Below are positions 8,330-16,484 of a stretch of 25,820 nucleotides of DNA, in pieces. The notes below the pieces were generated by a model. The model had not been told where the DNA came from. It saw only the letters and a program-made list of their open reading frames with translations, and ran no database searches. Both the position numbers and the translations under genes were made by a program. How positions within the stretch are numbered: the first letter of the stretch is position 1; the number at the start of each line of letters is the position of its first letter. The stretch comes from a virus. Lineage: Duplodnaviria; Caudoviricetes. Where the stretch lies: positions 1-25,820 of IMG/VR virus record IMGVR_UViG_3300012953_000196. One strand, given 5' to 3'.

Positions 8330-8355
8330 AAAAAGGGGCTTCGGCCCCTTTTTTT
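8330..8355 (+). terminator. Rho-independent terminator, potentially bidirectional
   Basis: AAAAAGGGGC-TTCG-GCCCCTTTTTTT with a C(UUCG)G tetraloop. Confidence 0.95.
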
Positions 8356-8365
8356 ATTCACCTCT

Positions 8366-8406
8366 AAAAAATAATTCTTGACTTTTACTCTCATATCAAC
8401 TATACT
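8366..8406 (+). promoter_or_regulatory. Sigma70-type promoter for the chaperone / tape measure / tail tip operon
   Basis: AAAAAATAATTC-TTGACT (8378-8383), 17-bp spacer, TATACT (8401-8406), directly after a terminator. Confidence 0.9.
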
Positions 8407-8441
8407 ATGACGATATTGAAATTTGTACAAAGGATTTATCA

Positions 8442-8870
8442 ATGACCGAAGAGAAAAAACCAGTTTCACTAGCCAGTCTAATGACTGCTTCAAAAACAGT
8501 ATCTATAGACTTTCCTGGATATACAGGAATGTCAGTAGATTTGTGTTACTTAGCAAGAGAAGAGCTAGTAAAGTTACGGAAAAAGTGTATTTCTACAAAA
8601 TGGAATAAGAAAACTCATCAACCTGAAGAAGATCTTGATGATGAAAAATTCTTAGTAGAATATACAAAAGCAGTTATTAAAGGGTGGAAAGGACTCAAGT
8701 ATCGCTACCTAGAAGAGCTTCTTTTGGTAGATATAGCAGATCTAGACCCAGACGACGAGCTTCCGTACACCCAAGAAAATTCAGAACTATTAATGCGAAA
8801 TGCAAATGCTTTTGATACTTGGGTAACTGAAACAGTAGGTGACCTTGAAAATTTTACTGGAAACAAGTAG
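8442..8870 (+). CDS. Tail assembly chaperone (gpG-like, T5 p139-like)
   Basis: 142 aa, acidic, with SD AAGGA, located between tail tube and tape measure genes. It ends in LENFTGNK. Confidence 0.87.
   Translation: MTEEKKPVSLASLMTASKTVSIDFPGYTGMSVDLCYLAREELVKLRKKCISTKWNKKTHQPEEDLDDEKFLVEYTKAVIKGWKGLKYRYLEELLLVDIADLDPDDELPYTQENSELLMRNANAFDTWVTETVGDLENFTGNK
8849..8855 (+). other. -1 programmed ribosomal frameshift site A AAT TTT
   Basis: X XXY YYZ heptamer in the correct phase, 5 codons before the stop. The -1 frame is open from 8849 to 9280. Confidence 0.8.
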
Positions 8871-9280
8871 ATGAGGTAAAACGTCTGCTTGAGAGACATA
8901 TAAAAGAGCAGAACTCTAATTTTGATCTCGACAAGTACCTATTAGTCTGTGAACAGCTAGGCGAAGAGCCTGACCCTGCCAAAATGCCACTAGAGGCTTC
9001 TGCGTTTCCGTATGAAGTTCAGGTGGCATTTTTTGTGCTCGGATTATTACCAGATCGTTATGAAGGAATGTCCGGAACGTATATGGGAAAAGACTGGAGC
9101 TCTGCAACTTTTATATTTGAAGCGTATAATATAGAAGATATACAATCAGTAGTATTCTTTGCAAAAACATATGAAACTATGTTAGTAAACGAAAGAGCAG
9201 AAGAACAGAAACGAAAGCAAAAACAAGCAGAAAGAAGAGCTAAAGGCGGAGGTAGTAATACCTTCCATGTATCAGGTTAA
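8849..9280 (+). CDS. Tail assembly chaperone T part (gpGT-like frameshift extension)
   Basis: The -1 frame reads KFYWKQVDEVKRLLERHIKEQNSNFDLDKYLLVCEQLGEEPDPAKMPLE and continues into the listed 8984..9280 ORF. It abuts the tape measure start. Confidence 0.8.
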   Translation, partial: KFYWKQVDEVKRLLERHIKEQNSNFDLDKYLLVCEQLGEEPDPAKMPLEASAFPYEVQVAFFVLGLLPDRYEGMSGTYMGKDWSSATFIFEAYNIEDIQSVVFFAKTYETMLVNERAEEQKRKQKQAERRAKGGGSNTFHVSG

Positions 9281-12200
9281 ATGGCTAAAAAACGTACAGT
9301 ATTTGTCGATGTCGTCGTTGACGACAAAGGTACAACCAAAAAACTTGCTATTGATAGTAAGCGTCTTTCTGACGGTTTAGAAAAAGGTCAGAAGAATACA
9401 AAGTCTTTTGATAGAAATCTTCGAGGAGTTATTCAAACTTCTCAAGCAGGGGGCAGAAACTTTGCCGCTCTTGCTCAAGGTATTACTAATGGTATCGTTC
9501 CTGCATACGCCGCATTTGCTGCTCAAGTATTTGCAATCGGTGCTGCATTTAGATTCCTACAATCTGCAGGAGATTTATCCACTCTTCAAAAAGGACAGCA
9601 AGCATACGCTTCCGCTACCGGTATAGGTTTAAGAACTTTAACGGGCAGAATTCAAGAAGCTACAAATAATCAAATAGCTTTTACAGAAGCTGCTCAAGCA
9701 GCTGCTATTGGTACAGCAGCAGGTTTAAGTGCTAATCAATTAGAAAGATTAGGTGGTGCAGCAAAAGATGTCTCTCTTTTACTCGGTAGAGATGTAACAG
9801 ACTCATTTAATCGTCTTGTGAGAGGTGTAACAAAAGCAGAACCTGAATTATTAGACGAACTTGGTATTGTACTTCGTTTAAAAGATGCTACAGAAGAATA
9901 TGCTCGTGCTCTTGGTAAAAATGCAAATGATTTAACCACATTTGAAAGAAGTCAAGCAGTTGCGAATAATGTTTTAGGGCAGGCAGAAGAAAAATATGGA
10001 AGAATAATTGATATTGTTAATCCTTCTGTAAATGATTTTAATAAATTTGGAAAAGCATTCGATGATATTGTAAATAGTGTAAGAAAAGGGTTAAATGCTT
10101 TATTAGGACCAATTGCAGGATTTTTAGCAGAAAATCCTTTTGCAACTCTTTTAGTTTCTGCACCTTTACTGAATGGAATTATAAAAAGTATGATTCCTTC
10201 TTTTAATGGATTAGGTGCTGCTGCTTCGGATATGTTTGGAGGACTTGCTGCAAGTTTAAAACAGACAGAAAAAGCGGCAAATATAGAACTTACAAGTCTT
10301 AAATTTTTATCGGGGGACGCTGAAGCGGCAACAGCATTTGTCAAAATGACAAATCAAGAGCTTGTAGAGCTGGCCGATGTAAGTGAAACCGGTTTTAGGG
10401 GATTAAAAACTTTACAGCAAGGAGGAAATCTTGCAGGTAAAACAATTCAAACAAATTTAAAGCAAGCAAGACTTGGCTTGGGGGCTTTTGCAGACCTTCC
10501 AGAGACTGTACGAGACGAATATGTAAGAATGTTTGAAGACTTAGGAACTGCTTCCAAGCTGTCCGGAAATAAATTAAGTTCAGAGATGAATATTGCTACA
10601 TCAAAAGCAAGATTAGCTTTTGTAAAGTTTAAACAGTCAGCAGTAGTCCAACTAAATAAAATAGCAATCGCAGCACAAAAAACCGCTGTAAAAATAGCTT
10701 CAGTATTTACTCGACTTATAAGTGTTATTGGAATAGTTAGTCTTTTAGGTGATGGAGCAAAAGCATTATTAGAAAAACTTGGCGTGAATTTTGACGCTTT
10801 AAGTAAAAGTCAACAAAAATACTTAGGTATACTTGAAAGTTTAAATGACGAAAATGCAGATTTTTTAGAATTTCAAAAAGAATTAAATAAAGCATTTCAA
10901 GATAATAATCAAGTTTCTCAACGAGTTACAGGAAATATAGCGGAATTATCTAGAAGTATAGATTTTAACGAAGAGACTAGACAAATAAAAGCCCTTTTCG
11001 AAACTTTAGGTGATGATAAAGGACTGAAAAGTATACAAAAAGGCTTTTCAAAGGCAGCAGGAGACTTAGGAAATTTATTAGAACAACAATTAACTCGATT
11101 AAAAACTATACGAGATACACTAGTTGGAGTTGAGGCAGGAGGAGCTTTTAACAAGCAAAAGAATGCAGCAGCGGCATATAGAGACGAGTTAGATGCAATA
11201 ATTAAGCTTTTAGAAGGAGCAGATTCAGGTAATGCTCTTGAAATTCCAAAAAGGCTTCTAACAGATGACGGTCAAATTGATCTATCATTTTTAGCTCGGG
11301 CAGCTTCTGCATATCAAGATTTAGGATTAACAGCTAAAGCTCTTGCAAAAGATCTTCCAGAAGTAGAGGCTAACGCAAAGGAAGCTTTTAGAGCTTTGGC
11401 TCCCGATAGCACGTATGCTCCTTTAATTGCCGAGCTAGAAGCTATAGAAGCTAAGTATATAAAAATAGCAAAAGATAATGCAAAAGCGGGTAGAGATATT
11501 ATTGCTGTTGACGAGCAACGTAAGGCACTAGCTCTTGCTGCCTTAACATTATTTAAAGAAGAGCAACAAAGACTAATTGATGCGAAAAACAACACCTTAA
11601 AAAGAGGTATTTTTGAAAAGAAAAATTTTACTATTGCATCAAGATTTCAAAAGCAACGAATAAAAAGTGCTATGGAAGAGCTCGCCTTAACCGACGAGAA
11701 AAAAACTATAGAGGGAAGTATAGCAAGTATTGTAGAAGGTGCTGCACTATTTCAGAAGGGTGTACTAACTCCAACCCAAGAACAAACTATAAGAAACTTA
11801 GAACTTGAAAGAGAACTTCGAGATCAGCAGATAAAGCAACTACAAGAGCAAAGAAAAGAAATGGTTCGTTTAAATCAAGCTGCATTAGATGGAGCGGAAC
11901 AAGCTCTTCAAAAGAATATATTTGATGTACTAACAGGAAAAGAGAATGATCTTAAGGCTTTTCTAGTAAAGATAGCGGAGGGTACTTATAATACTATTGC
12001 AAATGAATTATCGAAAATACTTACAGAGAGTATTTTTGATATCTTTAGTAATAAAAGTGAGCAAACTCAAGAACAAAAAATAAGAGACTTATACACAGGC
12101 CAAAATGGTGTTTTTGTAGGAGGAGCAGAGATAATCGCCACCGCAATTTCAACTGAAGTTGATAAATCTATAGCAAGAGCAAAGACTCTCTTTGACCAGT

Positions 12201-13021
12201 ATGAATCACTAGATACACTTCCTTCTTCTGCAGGAAATCCTGTTATAACAAGAAAAGCAAATCCTCTGGGCTCAGGAAAAGCCATACCTCTACCCAAACA
12301 ACCTAAAGACGACGACGAAGAAGCGCCTTCAGGCCAAATGGGTAGAACTGCAGCTGTACAAGCAAATACAACAGCTGTACAAGCAAATACTGCAGCTATA
12401 CAAGCTTTAACAACTACTTTAGGAGGAAGACCTTCTACAGGTGCAATTGGTGGAAGAAGTGCTGCTGCCTCTGGGGGACGAAATGCTCGTAATACCCAAA
12501 TAAATGCAGATGCAGCTGATACTCAAGAAAGTGCTGCTATAATGCAAGATGCAAGTGTAAAAACTTTTGCAAATACTGTAAATACTTTGGCAACCACAGT
12601 AGCTGCAGGACAACAGGTTAGCGGTAGAGGGTTAGTAGCTTCGGCTGGAATGACATTTATTTCTGCATTTGGATCAGCAGTAGCAGGAAATCTTACAGCA
12701 AGATATGGCGGAGTAATGAAGGCCTATTCCGATGGAGGAATTGCAAGAGGAAGAAATGCAGGATATCCAGCAATTTTACATGGAACAGAAGCAGTTGTTC
12801 CTTTACCAAACGGAAACTCTATTCCTGTAGAAATGACAGGGTCTGGAGGCGGAGTAAATAATGTTTCCGTAAGTGTAAATATGGGCGACGGTTCTACAAA
12901 TGTAGAAGGCGGAGAACAGGGCGGTGTTAATTTAGGTAAAGTAATTGCTGGTGCTGTTCAAGAAGAATTGCAAAGACAAAAACGACCGGGCGGAATACTT
13001 AGCCCGCTAGGAGTAGCATAA
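9281..13021 (+). CDS. Tail tape measure protein (T5 pb2-like N-terminus)
   Basis: 1246 aa, Ala/Leu/Lys-rich and helical, with DSFNRLVRGVTKAEPELLDELGI, hydrophobic segments, and a C-terminal YSDGG...LHGTEAVVPL...ELQRQKRPGGIL typical of lambdoid tape measure ends. Confidence 0.93.
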   Translation: MAKKRTVFVDVVVDDKGTTKKLAIDSKRLSDGLEKGQKNTKSFDRNLRGVIQTSQAGGRNFAALAQGITNGIVPAYAAFAAQVFAIGAAFRFLQSAGDLSTLQKGQQAYASATGIGLRTLTGRIQEATNNQIAFTEAAQAAAIGTAAGLSANQLERLGGAAKDVSLLLGRDVTDSFNRLVRGVTKAEPELLDELGIVLRLKDATEEYARALGKNANDLTTFERSQAVANNVLGQAEEKYGRIIDIVNPSVNDFNKFGKAFDDIVNSVRKGLNALLGPIAGFLAENPFATLLVSAPLLNGIIKSMIPSFNGLGAAASDMFGGLAASLKQTEKAANIELTSLKFLSGDAEAATAFVKMTNQELVELADVSETGFRGLKTLQQGGNLAGKTIQTNLKQARLGLGAFADLPETVRDEYVRMFEDLGTASKLSGNKLSSEMNIATSKARLAFVKFKQSAVVQLNKIAIAAQKTAVKIASVFTRLISVIGIVSLLGDGAKALLEKLGVNFDALSKSQQKYLGILESLNDENADFLEFQKELNKAFQDNNQVSQRVTGNIAELSRSIDFNEETRQIKALFETLGDDKGLKSIQKGFSKAAGDLGNLLEQQLTRLKTIRDTLVGVEAGGAFNKQKNAAAAYRDELDAIIKLLEGADSGNALEIPKRLLTDDGQIDLSFLARAASAYQDLGLTAKALAKDLPEVEANAKEAFRALAPDSTYAPLIAELEAIEAKYIKIAKDNAKAGRDIIAVDEQRKALALAALTLFKEEQQRLIDAKNNTLKRGIFEKKNFTIASRFQKQRIKSAMEELALTDEKKTIEGSIASIVEGAALFQKGVLTPTQEQTIRNLELERELRDQQIKQLQEQRKEMVRLNQAALDGAEQALQKNIFDVLTGKENDLKAFLVKIAEGTYNTIANELSKILTESIFDIFSNKSEQTQEQKIRDLYTGQNGVFVGGAEIIATAISTEVDKSIARAKTLFDQYESLDTLPSSAGNPVITRKANPLGSGKAIPLPKQPKDDDEEAPSGQMGRTAAVQANTTAVQANTAAIQALTTTLGGRPSTGAIGGRSAAASGGRNARNTQINADAADTQESAAIMQDASVKTFANTVNTLATTVAAGQQVSGRGLVASAGMTFISAFGSAVAGNLTARYGGVMKAYSDGGIARGRNAGYPAILHGTEAVVPLPNGNSIPVEMTGSGGGVNNVSVSVNMGDGSTNVEGGEQGGVNLGKVIAGAVQEELQRQKRPGGILSPLGVA
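12347..12409 (+). repeat. 3 x 21-bp tandem repeat (TAAVQAN/TTAVQAN/TAAIQAL heptads) in the tape measure gene
   Basis: actgcagctgtacaagcaaat / acaacagctgtacaagcaaat / actgcagctatacaagcttta. Confidence 0.9.
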
Positions 13022-13395
13022 TGGCACTTGGATTTCAAGATTTAGGTTCCACACAAAGAGTACCTGATAAAAACTTTACTAAAAAAGTAAAACCAACTGT
13101 TCTTAGAATTCAGTTCGGAGACGGCTATGAGCAGCGAGTAACTGAAGGCATAAATAGCTTAAAAGAAACTTATACTATAGGCTTTAACAATCGTCCGAAA
13201 GCAGAGATTGATGATATCGTGGCTTTCTTTGATAATAAAAAAGGAACAACTGCTTTTAACTATACTATTCCTGATAGCAATGCGGGAGGAGGAGAACGTA
13301 CAATAAAAGTAGTTTGTGAAGATTATAGTCAGAAGTATTCTTATGATAACTTTTATTCTTGTTCAGCAACATTTAGACGAGTATATGAACCATGA
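13021..13395 (+). CDS. Minor tail / distal tail protein (lambda gpM-like)
   Basis: QFGDGYEQR...GINS...AFNYTIP...VVCE...SATFRRVYEP signature, directly after the tape measure gene. Confidence 0.92.
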   Translation: MALGFQDLGSTQRVPDKNFTKKVKPTVLRIQFGDGYEQRVTEGINSLKETYTIGFNNRPKAEIDDIVAFFDNKKGTTAFNYTIPDSNAGGGERTIKVVCEDYSQKYSYDNFYSCSATFRRVYEP

Positions 13396-14573
13396 CAGAT
13401 ATTGCAAAAACTTTACAGAAACAAGATCCAGGCTCTGCTCTTGTTGTACTCTATGAACTTGAGTATGGCACAAGTAGTAAGGCCTACTTTTTTGCAGGTC
13501 TTGATGACGATAGTACAGCGGTACAGTTTCGAGAAACTGGAGGCACTGTTCGCACGTACACTGCAATTCCAATAACAGCAGACGGTTTTGAAATAAATAG
13601 CGACGGAGCACATTCTCGACCTGAAATTTCTATAGGAAATATTGGGAATGTATTAAGCACTGCTATAGGAAATACGCCTTTAGAAGATCTTGTGGGAAAA
13701 AGGCTTACTCGACGAACAACTTTACAAAAATATCTTGTAGGAGAATCAGGAGATGCAACGCCTCCAGTAGAGTACCCAAAAGTAACTTATATTATAGATA
13801 GACTAAAGTCACGAAATATTCTAAGTGTTACTTATGAACTAGCTGCACCTTTTGATGTTGCAGGAGTTCAATTACCTAAAAGACAGGTAATTGGAGGGGC
13901 TTGCCCTTTTCGGTATAAAAGAGCCGCAACTAGTGTGGCAAAAGAGGACAGAGTAGGGGGGTGTAATTGGGATTCTAAATTTGGAAATCATCCAACAGGT
14001 TCTGCTCTTTTTATGAATCGATTTGACGAGTACATCGTGCCTTATACTGGTCTATCTACTTCTAGTTTTTCTAGTACAGGAGTCGCAGGGAATTATTACA
14101 CAACTTCTGCAGCTATTAAAAAAATTAATGCTGATGGAACCATAACAAACGTTAATAGAGTCAATTATTGGTTATGTTTAGGCAATCCCTCGTCTGCAAG
14201 TCAAGTTGCTGTAATCTCTCCTAGAGATAATCACTCCTCGTGGAGAAGAATTCGTACTTTTGTTCCTTATAATGCAGCTCATGATTATCAGGGGTATACA
14301 GACAGTCGCTATAATGATTATATATTATATAATAATGTTTTATGGCAAATAAAAAAGAAAACACAAGTAGGTACAGGAAATGGAGGAACTCATGCAGCAA
14401 TACAAGAAGGCGATAGTTGGACTCTTGGAGATGTCTGTGGTAAAAAAGTATCTTCTTGTAGACTGCGTTTCCAAGCGCTAGAAGCAGGAACTACTACAAG
14501 ACCCTCTATTATTACCGCGCAACATATAGCTTTACCTTTTGGAGGCTTTCCAAGTGTTCAGCAGCGAAGATAA
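13392..14573 (+). CDS. Minor tail protein L (lambda gpL-like, probable Fe-S cluster) with a large insertion
   Basis: PITADGFE...RPEISIGN...RRTTLQKYL...YELAAPFD, four Cys (codons at 13902, 13962, 14436, 14457; DVCGKKVSSCRLRF) and the LPFGGFP terminus. Confidence 0.92.
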   Translation: MTDIAKTLQKQDPGSALVVLYELEYGTSSKAYFFAGLDDDSTAVQFRETGGTVRTYTAIPITADGFEINSDGAHSRPEISIGNIGNVLSTAIGNTPLEDLVGKRLTRRTTLQKYLVGESGDATPPVEYPKVTYIIDRLKSRNILSVTYELAAPFDVAGVQLPKRQVIGGACPFRYKRAATSVAKEDRVGGCNWDSKFGNHPTGSALFMNRFDEYIVPYTGLSTSSFSSTGVAGNYYTTSAAIKKINADGTITNVNRVNYWLCLGNPSSASQVAVISPRDNHSSWRRIRTFVPYNAAHDYQGYTDSRYNDYILYNNVLWQIKKKTQVGTGNGGTHAAIQEGDSWTLGDVCGKKVSSCRLRFQALEAGTTTRPSIITAQHIALPFGGFPSVQQRR

Positions 14574-15258
14574 AGAAATTATAAAATATTTATTTGATAA
14601 GTACCCAGAAGAAGGTTGTGGATTACTAGTAAATAAAAGAGGAAAAAGCACTTGGATTCCTTGTGAAAATATTGCGGAAGATAGAAAAGAAAACTTTGTT
14701 ATATCTTCTACAGATTATATAAAAGCAAGTTTATCTGGGGACTTAATAGCAGTTGTTCACAGCCATCCCGATGGTTCAGCAGAATTAAGTGAGCACGATA
14801 AAAAGACAAGTAATTTTTTAGGAGTTCCTTACATAGTTTACTCTCTACCCGAAGTAGAAAAAACAGTGTATACTCCAGAATATAATAGAAACCCTTTTGT
14901 GGGTAGAGAGTACTCTTTTGGAGAAAATGATTGTTATTCTCTTGTTAGAGATTATTACAGAGAAAAGTTAGGTATTAATCTTGCCACTACAATTTTTGAA
15001 GATGATTGGTGGGAGAAAGGATTTAACTATTTTGATGATCTTTTTGAGCCTTTTGGATTTGAAAAAGTAGATACATTACAAGAAAATGATGTCATAGTTT
15101 TTCGTATGATGGCACAGGTTCCAAATCATTGTGGAGTTTATTTAGGGGAAGATTTATTTTTACACCATGCAGTAAATAGACTATCGTGTAGAGAGTCGAT
15201 AAATTCTGTGTGGAGAAAGTATATAGTAGGGTATTATAGATGCAAACAGTTTATTTAA
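14554..15258 (+). CDS. Tail tip assembly protein K (JAB/MPN metalloprotease plus NlpC/P60 domain)
   Basis: YPEEGCG, JAMM motif HSHPDGSAELSEHD, NlpC catalytic DCYSLVRDYY and PNHCGVY. The likely start is GTG 14554, with GGAGG 8 nt upstream. Confidence 0.92.
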   Translation: MFSSEDKEIIKYLFDKYPEEGCGLLVNKRGKSTWIPCENIAEDRKENFVISSTDYIKASLSGDLIAVVHSHPDGSAELSEHDKKTSNFLGVPYIVYSLPEVEKTVYTPEYNRNPFVGREYSFGENDCYSLVRDYYREKLGINLATTIFEDDWWEKGFNYFDDLFEPFGFEKVDTLQENDVIVFRMMAQVPNHCGVYLGEDLFLHHAVNRLSCRESINSVWRKYIVGYYRCKQFI

Positions 15259-16472
15259 ATGGAGATATAGCAAAGTTTGGAGCAGTGTGGCAAACAGACT
15301 GTAGAGACATTCGGGACATTTTTAAGCTAATTGAATGTCAGACTCCTGGTTTTCGTAAATATTTAATTGATGCGTCCGAAGCAGATGTATCTTATGAAAT
15401 AAAAAGAGGCGAAGACTTTGTAGATACTGTAGAAGACTTACTACTTAGTCTAAATAATGAGGATGTAATTATTACTGAAGTTCCTTCTGGTTCAAAATCT
15501 GGAGGAGGAAAGTTAGTAGCTGCTATTGCACTTACAGTTCTTATAATGAACCCGGCTTTATTAGGCCTTAGTCCGGAGATGGTAGCAGCGATAGGTGACT
15601 TTACAGGAAAAGCTATAGCGGGAACAGGTGGAAAGCTAACAGTAGGAGCGCTAGGTATTGGTATCGCCACAAATCTAGCACTACAAGGAACTGCACAATT
15701 ACTTGCTCCGGGTCCGGAAGTTGATGCCTCCGAAGCAAATAAAGGATATTTATTTGGAGGAGCAACAAATACTGCAGTTCAAGGCATGCCCGTACCTCTT
15801 GCTTACGGAGAGCTTGTAATTGGAGGAACTCCAATTAGTGTAAACTATGATAATCGTCCCATTGCAATTGGCACTTACACAAATAGTGATGATGATGATG
15901 GAAAAACTTTAATTGATTATACAGGAGGAACCTTTGTTCCTGGCTCAAACGATGCTACTGATAGCACCTCAGGGGGAGGGGATGATGATTATGATGATAA
16001 TGACGGACCGCCCGTAATCGTAGTTGTTGATGATCACCTTTATGAAATGACTTCTCCGGATACAATTTTAGAAGGAGCAACAGGCACTATTTCAATAAGC
16101 ACAACAAATGTAAGTGATGCTACACACTATTGGAAAGTTGAACCTTCTAATCAATTTGGCACCTCTCAAGGAACGGTTGCTATTACAAATAATAGCGGAA
16201 GTTTTACTATATCTCCTTCAGCCGATGGGACTGCAGAGGAAGCCCAGCTATGTGTGGTGGTACTTTATACAGATTCTGCACGAGAAGTTTTCGTGTCAGC
16301 AACTACTTTCACAATTCCTGCTCAAGTTGCCCAAGATTCAGATGATGAGTTAGATACTGTAACTCCTGGATCGGGAGGAGGGGACGAAGATGGAGAAGAA
16401 GATCCACCAATGCCGCCAAGTGATAAGAATAACTTTACCGACATGGCAGGACAAACAACAGCAGAACAGTAG
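15240..16472 (+). CDS. Tail assembly protein I (lambda gpI-like) with C-terminal acidic linkers and an Ig/Calx-beta-like domain
   Basis: N-terminal ubiquitin-like region (MQTVYLNGDIAKFG...EVPSGSKSGGG), a hydrophobic stretch, YLFGGATNTAVQGMPVPLAYGELVIGG, then about 200 extra residues. Confidence 0.87.
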   Translation: MQTVYLNGDIAKFGAVWQTDCRDIRDIFKLIECQTPGFRKYLIDASEADVSYEIKRGEDFVDTVEDLLLSLNNEDVIITEVPSGSKSGGGKLVAAIALTVLIMNPALLGLSPEMVAAIGDFTGKAIAGTGGKLTVGALGIGIATNLALQGTAQLLAPGPEVDASEANKGYLFGGATNTAVQGMPVPLAYGELVIGGTPISVNYDNRPIAIGTYTNSDDDDGKTLIDYTGGTFVPGSNDATDSTSGGGDDDYDDNDGPPVIVVVDDHLYEMTSPDTILEGATGTISISTTNVSDATHYWKVEPSNQFGTSQGTVAITNNSGSFTISPSADGTAEEAQLCVVVLYTDSAREVFVSATTFTIPAQVAQDSDDELDTVTPGSGGGDEDGEEDPPMPPSDKNNFTDMAGQTTAEQ

Positions 16473-16484
16473 GGAGCGATAAAA

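Noticed and set aside
14539-14553. Listed TTG start of the gpK-like ORF
   Set aside because: It overlaps the GGAGG that is positioned as SD for GTG 14554.
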